Position numbers and translations under genes: made by a program. A stretch of 64,000 nt of DNA, taken from Candidatus Sumerlaeia bacterium (GTDB taxonomy: Bacteria > Sumerlaeota > Sumerlaeia > JADFCW01). Positions 46,919-57,691 of the stretch are shown here, piece after piece. How positions within the stretch are numbered: position 1 is the first letter of the stretch; every line of letters begins with the position of its first letter. The stretch lies in NCBI GenBank assembly GCA_026415575.1, contig JAOAGV010000003.1, forward strand, positions 17,616 through 81,615, read 5' to 3'. The notes under the pieces were generated by a model that did no database searches, had not been told where the DNA came from, and saw only the letters and a program-made list of their open reading frames with translations.

Positions 46919-48847
46919 ATGTGCGGAATTTGCGGCATAGTCTTCAACGATCGCGCGCAACGGCCCGACCCGGCGCTCTTGCAGCGGATGGCGGCGCGGA
47001 TGTGCCATCGCGGGCCGGACGAGACGGGCTTCCATGTGCAGGCGGGCGCGGGTTTGGGGCACAGCCGCCTGAGCATCATTGACTTGTCGGGCGGCCGCCA
47101 GCCGCTGTTCAACGAGACGGGTGAGTTGGCGCTGACATTTAACGGCGAGATTTACAATTTTCCGGAATTGCGCGGCGAGTTGGAACGCCGCGGGCACCGG
47201 TTCGCCACCCGAACCGACAGCGAGACCATTCTTCACCTGTACGAAGAAATGGGCGAGCGATGCGTCGAGCGCCTGCGCGGGATGTTTGCGTTTGCCATCT
47301 ATGATGCACCGCGGCACCGGCTGTTTGCAGCGCGCGACCGACTGGGCAAGAAGCCGTTTTATTTCGCCACGCGGCCGGGCTGTTTTCTCTTTGCCTCGGA
47401 ATTGAAAGCGTTGCTGGCCCATCCGGAAATATCACGCGAACTGGACCCCGTCGCCCTTGACGAGTACCTGACATTTCAATACGTGCCGGCACCGCGAACC
47501 ATCCTGCGTGGGGTCGAGAAGCTGCGCGCCGCCCATGTGTTGCTGTATGAGGACGGGCAGGTGAAAACGTCGCGCTACTGGCGGCCCGAATACTTTCCCA
47601 AGCGTCAAATCAGCGCCGACGCGGCGGGCCGCGAAGCGCTCGAACAGATCGAAGACGCCGTCCGCTGCCGGCTGATCAGCGATGTGCCGTTGGGTTGCTT
47701 TCTCAGCGGCGGCATAGACTCGTCGTTGGTCGTGGCGATGATGCGCCGGCATGTTGGAGGCCCGCTGCGGACGTTCTCGATTGGGTTCCGCGAGGCGGGT
47801 TTCGATGAATTGCCGTATGCACGCGCGATTGCGAGACACTTTGAAACGCAGCACGAGGAGTTTGTCGTCGAGGTCAACGCCGTCTCTGTCCTGCCGCGGC
47901 TGGTGTGGCACTACGACGAGCCGTTTGCCGACTCATCGGGATTGCCCACTTTTTTGCTGTCCGAGCTGACCCGCCGCCATGTTACTGTGGCGCTGAACGG
48001 CGACGGCGGCGACGAGTCGTTCGCCGGCTATCAGCGCTATGCGGATTGCGGCTTTGCCATTTTCAACGTGTGGCGGCGAATTCCGGCGGCGCTGCGGCGA
48101 TGGCTCATCGGGCCGCTGGCGGCGGCGCTTCGCGCAGCCCTGCCGCAGTCGGGCCGGTTGGAGTTGCTGGACTATGTAAACCGGGCGTCGCTCTGGGACG
48201 ACGATGCGCGCTACTGCGAGGCCATGCGCATTTTCCGCCCCGAACAAAAGCAGCGGCTCTATCGGCGCGAACTGGCCGCACAAATCCATGCGGCCGGCCT
48301 CGGCGACCCCATGGGCCGCACGCGGCAGGTCATGGCCCAACTGGGCGCGCAAGTTCATCGCATAGATCGAATGGCCGCCGGCGACCTCGACGCCTATCTG
48401 CCGGATTGCCTGCTGGTCAAAGTGGATCGTGCAACGATGGCCCACAGTCTCGAAGGCCGCTCGCCGTTTCTCGATCATCGGGTCGTGGAATTTGCGGCAA
48501 AACTGCCGGCGGAGTTGCGGATGCTGGGAGGGGTGCCCAAGGGGCTGTTGCGCAAATACGCAGCGCCGCTGTTTCCGCCCGGACATCTCGACCGTCCCAA
48601 AAAAGGCTTTACGCTGCCTGTGCGGGAGTGGCTGCGCGAGGGGGCGTTGCAGCGGCTGGCGACCGAGCTGCTGCTGTCGCGGCGTTTGGGGGAACGCACC
48701 CTTTTTGATCCGAAATATATCCGGCTTCTTTTGGATCAGCACGCGCGCGGCACGCAAAACCACCATTATCGTCTGTGGGCGTTGATGTGTTTCGAATTGT
48801 GGTGCCGCACGTTTCTGGATTCCGACGGCAGCGCGCCGCTGGAATAG
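46919..48847 (+). CDS. asnB: Asparagine synthase (glutamine-hydrolysing) family amidotransferase
   Basis: MCGICG, HRGPD, FNGEIYN, LSGGIDSS, GDGGDE, KVDR..MAHSLEGRSPFLD. Confidence 0.93.
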   Translation: MCGICGIVFNDRAQRPDPALLQRMAARMCHRGPDETGFHVQAGAGLGHSRLSIIDLSGGRQPLFNETGELALTFNGEIYNFPELRGELERRGHRFATRTDSETILHLYEEMGERCVERLRGMFAFAIYDAPRHRLFAARDRLGKKPFYFATRPGCFLFASELKALLAHPEISRELDPVALDEYLTFQYVPAPRTILRGVEKLRAAHVLLYEDGQVKTSRYWRPEYFPKRQISADAAGREALEQIEDAVRCRLISDVPLGCFLSGGIDSSLVVAMMRRHVGGPLRTFSIGFREAGFDELPYARAIARHFETQHEEFVVEVNAVSVLPRLVWHYDEPFADSSGLPTFLLSELTRRHVTVALNGDGGDESFAGYQRYADCGFAIFNVWRRIPAALRRWLIGPLAAALRAALPQSGRLELLDYVNRASLWDDDARYCEAMRIFRPEQKQRLYRRELAAQIHAAGLGDPMGRTRQVMAQLGAQVHRIDRMAAGDLDAYLPDCLLVKVDRATMAHSLEGRSPFLDHRVVEFAAKLPAELRMLGGVPKGLLRKYAAPLFPPGHLDRPKKGFTLPVREWLREGALQRLATELLLSRRLGERTLFDPKYIRLLLDQHARGTQNHHYRLWALMCFELWCRTFLDSDGSAPLE

Positions 48848-48979
48848 AAGTGCCGCGCGCCCCTTGCAAGGCGGGCGGGATTGCGGTATTTGAGACCTTA
48901 TCTTGCTATCAGAATCCCATCGGTCTCTATTTCAGGAAACGCACCTGCAGGAATTACGAAAACACGTCCGCCGGTGTTC

Positions 48980-51187
48980 CTACTGGGGCAGCGTAAAATA
49001 GAACACAGCACCTTCACCCACCTTGCCCTCGGCCCAGACCCGTCCGCCGTGCCGGCGAACGATGCGCTGCACGATCGCCAAGCCCACGCCCGTGCCCTCG
49101 AATTCCTCAGTTGAGTGAAGGCGTTGAAACACGCCGAAAAGTTTTCCGGCATACTGCATGTCGAACCCGGCCCCGTTGTCCTTGACATAATAGATGCTTT
49201 CGCCGTCACGCGATTCGCCGCCGACTTCCACGCGGGCCGTCGGGCGGTGCCGTGTGAACTTCAGGGCGTTGGAGAGAAGATTGGTCCACACCTGCCGGAG
49301 CAGCGACCAGTCGCCGCGGGCCGGTGGCAACGGCCGGATGTCCAGCTGAACGTTTCGCCCCTGCCATGTCGGCTGCAGTTCCGCGAGAACGATTTGTACC
49401 AGTTCATCCATGTTGACAGGCGCGGGCGAGAGCGGCTGGCGGCCGGTTCGCGAAAAGGCCAGCAAGTCCTCAATCAGCTGGCCCATCTGCCGGGTGTTGG
49501 AGCGAATGAGGTCGAGAAAACGCTTTCCTTCTTCGTCGAGACGGTCGCTGTATTCCGTCGAAAGCACATGGGAGAAACCGTCAATGACGGCCAGCGGGGA
49601 ACGCAGGTCATGCGAGACGGAGTAGCTGAACGATTCGAGGTCGGCATTGGCGGCGCGCAGTTGTTCGATGCGTTCGGCCAGTTCGGCATTGAGCGCGCGG
49701 ATTTCCGCCTCTGCGCGTTTTCGTTCGGTGATGTCGCGGACAATGCCGGTAAAGAACCGGCCTTCGACGGTCTGCCAAGAGGCGAGCGAGAGTTCCAGAG
49801 GGAACTCGGAGCCGTCTTTGCGAAGTCCGGGCAGGGCGAGGGTTTTTCCGACCAGACGGGTCTGGCCGGTTTCGGCCACGCGAAGGAGCGCGCAGCGATG
49901 GGCGGCGCGCATGGATTCAGGGATGATGCGTTCGAGGGGCTGGCCAAGCATTTCATCGGCGGAGTAGCCGAAAATGGTTTCAGCCGCGCGGTTCCAAAAC
50001 ACAATTTTGCCGGCGGCGTCAATGGTGATCACCGCGTCGTTGGCCGTTTCCGCCAGAGAGCGGAAGCGCGCTTCGCTGTGTTCGAGGGCTTCGCGGGCGC
50101 GGCTGTTTTGGAGCGCGAGGGCGGCCAGTTCGCCGAAGGCGGTGGCCATGCGGGCGTCGTGTTCGACAAAGCCGCCGGGTTTGTTGGCCAGACCAATCAG
50201 GCCAACGACCCGGTTCTCGATTTTCATCGGGGCAAACAAGACGTTTTGGAGCACGGCGTGGCCTTCGGGCATATACTCCATCCAGCGGCTCGAGGGGAAG
50301 TCATTGTCGAAGACGGGTTCGCCCGTGCGATAAGTTACCTCACGCAAACCGCGAATCGGCATGGGCAGGGAGGGGTCCACGTTGCAGGGCAGACCGCCGG
50401 CATCCAAAAACACGACCTCGTTTTGGGTGCCATCCTTGCTTAGGATGGCGATATAGCCGGCGGTGGCTTGGATGAGGTTTTTGCAGAAAGCAAAGATCGT
50501 CTCGGCGGTCTCGACGAAAGTGGTTTTTTCGAGGATGACGCGGGCACCGGCCAGAAGCGCTGCGATTTCCATTTGCCGCCGGCGCGAGTCCTGCAAGGCC
50601 TGCTCCAGCTGAAGCGCCGCCCGACGCTGTTCGGTCACGTCGTGCCAAATGGAGATGGCGCCGGCGATCCGTCCGGCCACGCGAAACGGGGCACAGGAAA
50701 TCAGCAGGCAACGGTCCCGACCGTTCTTGTCGGCGATGATATGGGGCTCATTGCGAACAACCTGGCCGCGCAAAGCCCGGTGCGCAGGGCTTTCGTCGGG
50801 TGCGACAGGCCGTCCATCGTCGTGGCGGAGATTCATGCGCTGCAACGCCGCGGCAAGCTCCGGGCCGGCCGGTTTTGCCGACGGCGCGAGACCCAACGCC
50901 GCCAAAGCCGCCGGATTTGCGCTGATCGGTTTCTGGCGGGAATTGTAAATGACGACCGGGTGGGCCATGGCTTGAAAGATGGCGTCGCGCTCGGCCGCCC
51001 GTTGTTGGGCTGGGGCTGTCCGTTGCTTTCGACTGCGCGAGCGGTCGGATTTCTTTCCCGCATTGGGAAGTGAAGAGGCCTTTGTCCGATTTACTTTCTC
51101 GAAACGTTTTCGGCGGGTACCCGACAGCCGTCGGGATGCGGAACGCTTCGCCGTTCGCCGGCCTTGTTTTTTGAGCCTATTGGTCAT
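48980..51187 (-). CDS. Cytoplasmic PAS-GAF-PAS sensor histidine kinase
   Basis: SVSHDLRSPL H-box, NLLSNALKF, DNGAGF, FQRLH, GTGVGL; PAS and GAF segments; no transmembrane helix. Start uncertain. Confidence 0.92.
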   Translation of the reverse strand: MTNRLKKQGRRTAKRSASRRLSGTRRKRFEKVNRTKASSLPNAGKKSDRSRSRKQRTAPAQQRAAERDAIFQAMAHPVVIYNSRQKPISANPAALAALGLAPSAKPAGPELAAALQRMNLRHDDGRPVAPDESPAHRALRGQVVRNEPHIIADKNGRDRCLLISCAPFRVAGRIAGAISIWHDVTEQRRAALQLEQALQDSRRRQMEIAALLAGARVILEKTTFVETAETIFAFCKNLIQATAGYIAILSKDGTQNEVVFLDAGGLPCNVDPSLPMPIRGLREVTYRTGEPVFDNDFPSSRWMEYMPEGHAVLQNVLFAPMKIENRVVGLIGLANKPGGFVEHDARMATAFGELAALALQNSRAREALEHSEARFRSLAETANDAVITIDAAGKIVFWNRAAETIFGYSADEMLGQPLERIIPESMRAAHRCALLRVAETGQTRLVGKTLALPGLRKDGSEFPLELSLASWQTVEGRFFTGIVRDITERKRAEAEIRALNAELAERIEQLRAANADLESFSYSVSHDLRSPLAVIDGFSHVLSTEYSDRLDEEGKRFLDLIRSNTRQMGQLIEDLLAFSRTGRQPLSPAPVNMDELVQIVLAELQPTWQGRNVQLDIRPLPPARGDWSLLRQVWTNLLSNALKFTRHRPTARVEVGGESRDGESIYYVKDNGAGFDMQYAGKLFGVFQRLHSTEEFEGTGVGLAIVQRIVRRHGGRVWAEGKVGEGAVFYFTLPQ

Positions 51188-52470
51188 GATGTCGGCGGGA
51201 TGGGGGTTCCGGGCAGAAGGGGAGGAGGCGGCAAGGTCGCCGGTCCGGCCCCATACGGGATAATGCAGCCGGCGGCTGCAACATAACCGGGCGGAAGCGT
51301 AACCTGTTTGCCGATCAGCGTTACGACCGTCCCGTCACCGGCAGCGGTTTTGTTCTCGGGATCGCCGCCGATGGTGCACCGCTCGCCGATCACGCAGTTT
51401 TTGTCCAGGATGGTATTGCGGATGAAGCAATCGCGCCCGACTTGGACGCCATTGAGCAGGACGGAGTTTTCGATTCGCGCACCGGGAGCCACACGCACGC
51501 CGGGCGAAAGCACACTTCGACAGACGTGGCCTTCGATCTGGCAGCCAAACGAAACAATGCTTTGCTCGGCGGAACCGGGGCCAAGAAAACGCGCCGGCGA
51601 GAGACAATAGTCGAAGGCGCCGCGCGTCGAGGTACACACACCCCAGTGGTGAAGGTCGAGACCGGACCGTGGGTCGAGCAAGTCCATGTGCGCCTGCCAG
51701 TAGGACTTGTAGGTTCCCACGTCGCGCCAGTAGCCGGAAAATGTGTAGGCATGGCAGGGATAGGATTCGATCATTGCGGGAATAATGTCGCGGCCAAAGT
51801 CGTGGGTGGAATCGGGCGAGCGGGCATCGGCGCGCAGGCGCTCTACCAACACGTCGGTGTCGAATACGTAAATGCCAAGGTTGGCCAAGTTTGAGGCGAC
51901 GGGTCCCTGCGGCTTTTCATAGAAGCGCACGATGCGGCCGTCGCCGTCGGTCTCCATAATCCCGAAGCGCGAGACCTCGTCCCACGGCACTTCCTGACAG
52001 GCGATCGTCAGCGCCGCCTTCTTCTCGATATGCAGGGCAATCATCGGACGATAGTCCATCCGATAGATATGATCGCCCGACAGGATCAACACGCGCTTCG
52101 GTTTGAACCGCGCGATGAACTCAAGGTTCTGGTAAATGGCGTCGGCGGTGCCGGCATACCAATCGGAGTCCACCTCGCCGGTGTAGGGAGGCAGGACTTT
52201 GGCCAGATAGCCGCGCCGCGCAAATCCCCACCCCTCTCCGATGGACAAATGGTCCATAAGCGAAGACGGCTTGTATTGCGTGCAGATGCCGACGACGGGG
52301 ATTTCGGAATGCATGACGTTGCTCATGGTGAAATCAATAATGCGATAGATTCCGCCGAACGGCACAGCCGGCTTGGCACGCTTGCCCGAAAGAACCGACA
52401 ACCGGCTGCCCTCGCCGCCGGCCAGAATCATGGCAACGGTTTGGATTGTCCGACTGCTTCGTGGAGGCAT
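51184..52470 (-). CDS. glgC: Glucose-1-phosphate adenylyltransferase (catalytic subunit)
   Basis: LAGGEGSRL....[40 protein letters not shown]. Confidence 0.92.
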   Translation of the reverse strand: MPPRSSRTIQTVAMILAGGEGSRLSVLSGKRAKPAVPFGGIYRIIDFTMSNVMHSEIPVVGICTQYKPSSLMDHLSIGEGWGFARRGYLAKVLPPYTGEVDSDWYAGTADAIYQNLEFIARFKPKRVLILSGDHIYRMDYRPMIALHIEKKAALTIACQEVPWDEVSRFGIMETDGDGRIVRFYEKPQGPVASNLANLGIYVFDTDVLVERLRADARSPDSTHDFGRDIIPAMIESYPCHAYTFSGYWRDVGTYKSYWQAHMDLLDPRSGLDLHHWGVCTSTRGAFDYCLSPARFLGPGSAEQSIVSFGCQIEGHVCRSVLSPGVRVAPGARIENSVLLNGVQVGRDCFIRNTILDKNCVIGERCTIGGDPENKTAAGDGTVVTLIGKQVTLPPGYVAAAGCIIPYGAGPATLPPPPLLPGTPIPPTS

Positions 52471-52482
52471 GGCCTGAAATCC

Positions 52483-53697
52483 TCATGGGTCGCGTGAGGC
52501 AACGACAAACCGGCCGGGCCGACCCCGCCAGTATTCCGACGCCCGGGCGTCCACAATCCGCTTTTTTCCGACCAGAGTCAGTTGGAGTTTCGTGCCGAAA
52601 TGGGAACCCATCTCCGGCCCGACACGGCATCCGCGCTCGAAGACCACATCCTTGTCGGCGACCACCTGACAGACATAAGCATCCTGCTCGACGCGCGTAT
52701 CGTGCATGAGAATGGAATCGCGGACGAGGGCGCCGGCTTCCACCACCACACCGGGCGAGAGCACGCTGTTTTCAACCCGGCCTTCGATGCGGCAGCCCGG
52801 ACTGATCAAAGCGCGGTGGATTTGAGCCGTCGGGCCGATGAAGGCACCCGGCCGCTGCGCCAGAGCGCGGTCGTTCAGGTTGGTGCGCACATCCCACCCG
52901 ATCAGATCAATTTCCGGCGTGTCGTCCAAAAGCGAGAGGTTGGCCCGGAAGTAGTCCTCGACGGTTTCCAAATAATTCCAATAGCCGTTAAAGGGACAGC
53001 TCAGCACACGGTTGGTGTCGAGCATCGAAGGGATGATGTCGCGGGAGAGGTTGAAACATTTCTCGCCGTGGGCAAGGCGTTCCAACTGGCGAACCAACAC
53101 GTCCTTGTTGAAGACATAGACGCCGATGGAGATGCGATCGCCGGTCGGCAACTTGGGTTTTTCGTCGAAGCGCACGACGCGCCCCGATGAGTCGCTGGTT
53201 ACATAACCAAAGCGGGGCGACAGCCGTTCGCGCGGCAACTGCTTTTCCACAACGGTCAGGTCGGCGCCGTTGGATTCATGGAACGCCACGATCTCAGAAA
53301 AATCGAGATTGTGGACGTGCTCGGCCGAGCAGATGATCACATACGAGGGGTCCCAGTCCGACAGAAAGTTCATGTTCTGATAGATGGCGTCGGCTGTGCC
53401 GCGAAACCACTCGATTTTACCCACGCCGACAAACGGCGGCATCAGTCGGACTTCATGCCCGAAGCCGTTGAATCCCCACGCCTCGCCGCTTGCCACATGT
53501 TCGATCAACGAGGCCGGCAGATATTGGCAAATCACTCCGACGCGCCCGACCCCCGAGCGGCTCAGGCTGCTGAGGGTGAAGTCCACAATGCGGTAGAAGC
53601 CGCCGAACGGCAATGCGGCTTTGGCGCGATTGAGTGTCAATACGCCATAGCCGTGAATACGTCCTCCGGCCAGAACTAGCGCGGCAACCCGTTGCAT
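52483..53697 (-). CDS. GlgC paralog with degenerate catalytic motifs (GlgD-like subunit)
   Basis: LAGGRIHGY...RAKAALPFGG.YRIVDF, CSAEH in place of SGDH, YWNYLET in place of YWRDVGT. Confidence 0.8.
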   Translation of the reverse strand: MQRVAALVLAGGRIHGYGVLTLNRAKAALPFGGFYRIVDFTLSSLSRSGVGRVGVICQYLPASLIEHVASGEAWGFNGFGHEVRLMPPFVGVGKIEWFRGTADAIYQNMNFLSDWDPSYVIICSAEHVHNLDFSEIVAFHESNGADLTVVEKQLPRERLSPRFGYVTSDSSGRVVRFDEKPKLPTGDRISIGVYVFNKDVLVRQLERLAHGEKCFNLSRDIIPSMLDTNRVLSCPFNGYWNYLETVEDYFRANLSLLDDTPEIDLIGWDVRTNLNDRALAQRPGAFIGPTAQIHRALISPGCRIEGRVENSVLSPGVVVEAGALVRDSILMHDTRVEQDAYVCQVVADKDVVFERGCRVGPEMGSHFGTKLQLTLVGKKRIVDARASEYWRGRPGRFVVASRDP

Positions 53698-53900
53698 TGC
53701 TGCCCATCCCTGCGACAAAAATAACCGATCTTGGCGATAATCAAACCTATGGAAAAGCAGCGTGCAAAAAAGATGCCCGCCCCCTTTCCTGCGCAACTAA
53801 CATGTGAACGAAATGCGCGGGTCCTGTCAACCCCCCAAGATCAAGCGATTGACGCGCGGAGAGCTACAAAGCAAAAAACACAGACCGCACGGCGTGCCCT

Positions 53901-54386
53901 TTATTTTAGGGCGTCCAGACCGGCCTGCGCAATCTGTCCGTCTTGATTTGGCGCCATGCCTGACACGCCGATGCCGCCGATGATCTTCCCGCCGACAATA
54001 ATCGGCAGGCCGCCCTCGATGGGCATGGCGTCGGCCACTTTGAGGAATCGCCAGCCCGCCCCGCCGGCTTCGAGCTGGTCGGCGAAAACCTTGGTCGAGC
54101 GCCGAAACGCCACGGCCGACCGCGCTTTCATCATGGCCACATCGAGGCTGCCCAGCTGGGCATTGTCCATCCGATGCAGGAGAACGGGATTGGCGCCGGA
54201 GTCGGTGATGACGATTACGACGTCCCAGCGGTTCTTGACCGCCTCCGCCTCGGCGGCGGCGGCAATGGTCTTGGCTTGCTCGAGTGTGATGGGCGGTCCA
54301 TAGGCTGGCGGGGCATCAGCCGGTTTCGAGGCCGGCCCGGCGGCCAGCGCCAAAAGAATGGCCATGAACAACTTCGCGAGGGTCAT
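53901..54386 (-). CDS. Exported GlcG/HbpS heme-binding family protein
   Basis: Signal peptide; RMDNA, KARSA, GGLPI...G.IIGGIGVSG...QD..IA.AG. Confidence 0.88.
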   Translation of the reverse strand: MTLAKLFMAILLALAAGPASKPADAPPAYGPPITLEQAKTIAAAAEAEAVKNRWDVVIVITDSGANPVLLHRMDNAQLGSLDVAMMKARSAVAFRRSTKVFADQLEAGGAGWRFLKVADAMPIEGGLPIIVGGKIIGGIGVSGMAPNQDGQIAQAGLDALK

Positions 54387-54719
54387 GGTTCGTTCCTCCT
54401 GTGAACGACAAGATACGAGTTTGGGGGAAACCGGAACAAAGACGACAGAACGGGGCCTTGCACCTTATGGCCCACCCACTCTGCCTTGCGCTCCATTCGC
54501 CCACCACTCGTTCGTCCCGCTCATACGAGCAAACGACAGGCACGATAACAGCGCACGGTTGCAAATCAAGCGGATTTGAATGCGGCAACGCGCAGAGGAG
54601 GCTTTTCCCGACTTCCGGAGATGCATCCAGCACCTCTGTGTTTGCTTGTTTTTACTTGATTGAAGGGACAAAAAACAGCATAGTCCTTTTCAGAATCTGA
54701 AGAGCGCAGGTCTTTCGAG

Positions 54720-56309
54720 ATGCCGTTGTCGCTGGAACAAGTCCAAATTCAAACGCAAAAGCTGGTGATGACGCCCCAGATGCAGCTGTCCATCAAGCTG
54801 CTGCAGATGAACACGCAGGAGATGGAACAGCTGGCGCGGCAGGAAATTCTCGAAAATCCTTTCCTCGAATTGGAAGAAGAAGAGGAAGGGCAAGACGGAG
54901 AAGTAGAGTCGCCTTCGGGTTTGGATGCGGAGGAACGCGAGCCCGCCATGCCGGCCGATGTCGCCGATTCTTCCGAATCCGCCGTCGGGGCCGCTGCCGG
55001 CGAGACCGCCGATGCGGTCTCGCTCGATTTGGCCAAGGACGATCCCGCCCTGTTGGACAGCGACGCCACCGTCCCTCCGCCCCCGCCGCTGGACAGCGAG
55101 GAGGGCGCGGAGACGTTTGATCAGGTGGACGTCGAATGGGATGATTACTATGATGAGCCGACGGTGTCTTATGCGTCGGTGCGCGAGGAGCCGGACGAGG
55201 AGCGCGATTTTACGGAATACACGGCAAGCCGCCGGAGCCTGTATGACCACCTGATGTGGCAGCTGCGGGTTTCGGCGCTCGACGGCCGGCGCCTCCAGAT
55301 CGGCGAGTTTCTGATCGGCAACATAGACGATAACGGCTATCTGACCCTGTCGGTCGAGGAAGCCGCCGCGCAGTTGAACGTTCCCGCCGGCGAGGTGGAA
55401 GAAGTGCTCCGGATTATTCAGACCTTCGATCCGACGGGCGTCGGCGCGCGCAATCTGGCGGAGTGTTTGTTGATTCAATTGGACAGCCAAGGGTTGAAAG
55501 ACCCGATCTACCGCGCGATCCTGACGGAACACTTCGAGCAGTTGGGGCAGCAAAAATTCCGCGAGGTCGCGCGGGCGCTCAATGTTCCCGAAGAAAAAGT
55601 GGCCGAGGTGTTTCGCAACATCCGGCGCTGCGAGCCGAAACCCGGCCGCTCCATTACCAAAGATACCCCGTCCTATGTCGAGCCGGATGTGGTCGTCAAA
55701 AAAGTGGACAACCGCTATTTATACTTTCTCAACGAGGGGGATCTCCGCCATCTCCACATCAACGACTACTATCGCCATCTGTTGTTCACGCGCGACGGGT
55801 TAAAGGACAAGGAGCGCGAGTATTATCGCAACAAATACCGCGATGCCGTGTGGCTGATCCGCAACATCGAGCGCCGCAAGGGAACAATTCTGCGCGTGAC
55901 CGAAGCCATCATGGAGTATCAGAAAGAGTTTCTGGAGAAGGGAACGGAGCATCTCAAGCCGCTGACACTGCGGCAGATTGCCGAAGCGGTCGGGATGCAC
56001 GAGAGCACGATCGCACGCGTGACGGCAAACAAGTATGTGGAGACCCCGCGCGGTGTGTTCCCGTTAAAGTATTTCTTTTCCAGCAGCCTCGACCGCGACG
56101 GGAGCACGGCCGCCTCTTCGCGCAGCGTCAAAGAACTGATCCGCAAGATGGTTGCCGAAGAAGACCCCAAGCATCCGCTTAGCGACTCGGACATCGCCAA
56201 GCGCCTGCAGGCCCAAGGCTACGCCATCGCACGCCGGACGGTTGCCAAATACCGCGATTCCCTGAAAATCCTCCCCGCCAATTTGCGGCGCAGCGCTGCG
56301 CGCCGCTGA
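54720..56309 (+). CDS. rpoN: RNA polymerase sigma-54 factor
   Basis: QKLVMTPQMQLSIKLLQ, GVGARNLAECL, MHESTIAR, RpoN box ARRTVAKYR. Confidence 0.97.
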   Translation: MPLSLEQVQIQTQKLVMTPQMQLSIKLLQMNTQEMEQLARQEILENPFLELEEEEEGQDGEVESPSGLDAEEREPAMPADVADSSESAVGAAAGETADAVSLDLAKDDPALLDSDATVPPPPPLDSEEGAETFDQVDVEWDDYYDEPTVSYASVREEPDEERDFTEYTASRRSLYDHLMWQLRVSALDGRRLQIGEFLIGNIDDNGYLTLSVEEAAAQLNVPAGEVEEVLRIIQTFDPTGVGARNLAECLLIQLDSQGLKDPIYRAILTEHFEQLGQQKFREVARALNVPEEKVAEVFRNIRRCEPKPGRSITKDTPSYVEPDVVVKKVDNRYLYFLNEGDLRHLHINDYYRHLLFTRDGLKDKEREYYRNKYRDAVWLIRNIERRKGTILRVTEAIMEYQKEFLEKGTEHLKPLTLRQIAEAVGMHESTIARVTANKYVETPRGVFPLKYFFSSSLDRDGSTAASSRSVKELIRKMVAEEDPKHPLSDSDIAKRLQAQGYAIARRTVAKYRDSLKILPANLRRSAARR

Positions 56310-57664
56310 TGTCAAGGAGAGCCATGACCCCGCAAGCGATGATCAGCGTTGCCGGAATTCGCGGAATCGTCGGCGAAACCCTGCAAGCTGAGGATTTCGT
56401 CCGTTATGCGTTGGCGTTTGGGACGCTGCTCAAAGGCGGCAAGGTGGTCGTCGGGCGCGACACGCGGCCGTCGGGCGAAATGGTGCGCAATCTGGTCTGC
56501 GGCGCGCTTCTGGCCACCGGCTGCTGCGTCGAAGACCTTGGCATTGTCCCGACGCCGACCATCGGGATTATGGTCCGCGCGCGCAAGGCGCGCGGAGGGG
56601 TGGCCATCACGGCCAGCCATAATCCGGTCGAGTGGAATGCGCTGAAGTTCTTCCGTGCCGACGGCACGCTTCAGGAAAAAGCCGATCAGGAGAAGTTGTT
56701 TGCAATCCATCGCGAGGGGCGATTTCGCCGCGCGACCCTGCGCAAACCTGCACGCGTGTTCGAGTGCAGCGACGGTCCGGCGGTACATATCGCACGAGTG
56801 GTCCGCAATGTGAATGCCGCTGCAATCCGCCGCCGGCGATTCCGGGTTGTCCTCGATTGCTGCAACGGCGCAGGGGCGGCGGTCCTGCCGGCACTGCTGG
56901 TGCAGCTTGGCTGCGAGGTCGTTACACTCTTCGACCGCATGGACCGGCCGTTCGAGCGCAACGCCGAGCCTTTGCCCGAAAACTTGACCACCCTGTGCAG
57001 GCGCGTCCGCCGCGAAAACGCCGACATGGGTTTCGCCGTGGACCCCGATGCCGACCGTCTGGCCATTGTGGATGAAACGGGAGCCCCTCTTGGCGAGGAA
57101 CGGACCGTCACTCTGGCGGCGTATCATCTGCTGGCGCGCAGACGGTCGCCCGTGGTGGTCAACCTCAGCACCACGCGTGCGATGGATGATGTCGCGCGGC
57201 TGCGCAGCGTCGAGGTCATCCGCACGCCCGTCGGCGAGGCCCACGTTGTGGCCGGTATGCGGCGCCATCGGGCGCAGATCGGCGGCGAGGGCAACGGCGG
57301 GGTGATTTGGCCAAAGGTGGCGATGGGGCGCGATGCTGCCGCCGGCATCGGGCTGATTTTGGAGGCCCTCGCAACCCGCGGCGAACCGGTCAGCCGGTTC
57401 AATCGCCGGATACCCGACTATGTCATGCGGAAGATGAAAGTGCCGCTGGAGCGCGACAGAGTGCAGTCCGTCTTTGCGCGTCTGGAGGAGGCGATGGGCA
57501 GGGCCGCGCAGGTATGGAAGACAGACGGCTTGCGGATGGATTTTCCAGACGGATGGTTTCACCTTCGGCCTTCGGGCACGGAGCCGATTGTGCGTCTGTT
57601 TGTCGAAGCGCGCACGTGCGAGGACGCGGAAAAGCTGACCGCCGAGATTTTGCAGCTGCTTTGA
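56309..57664 (+). CDS. Phosphohexomutase (phosphoglucosamine mutase/PMM-like)
   Basis: GIRG, ITASHNP, DPDADR, GGEGNGG, RPSGTEP. Start may be ATG 56324. Confidence 0.9.
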   Translation: MSRRAMTPQAMISVAGIRGIVGETLQAEDFVRYALAFGTLLKGGKVVVGRDTRPSGEMVRNLVCGALLATGCCVEDLGIVPTPTIGIMVRARKARGGVAITASHNPVEWNALKFFRADGTLQEKADQEKLFAIHREGRFRRATLRKPARVFECSDGPAVHIARVVRNVNAAAIRRRRFRVVLDCCNGAGAAVLPALLVQLGCEVVTLFDRMDRPFERNAEPLPENLTTLCRRVRRENADMGFAVDPDADRLAIVDETGAPLGEERTVTLAAYHLLARRRSPVVVNLSTTRAMDDVARLRSVEVIRTPVGEAHVVAGMRRHRAQIGGEGNGGVIWPKVAMGRDAAAGIGLILEALATRGEPVSRFNRRIPDYVMRKMKVPLERDRVQSVFARLEEAMGRAAQVWKTDGLRMDFPDGWFHLRPSGTEPIVRLFVEARTCEDAEKLTAEILQLL

Positions 57665-57691
57665 TTTTGCGTTTTCGGTTTTGGATTCAGT

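Noticed and set aside
54387-54719. Possible small RNA or small ORF in longer intergenic gaps (also 13967-14228 and 60182-60424)
   Set aside because: No tRNA cloverleaf, known RNA motif or convincing RBS-led ORF visible by eye.
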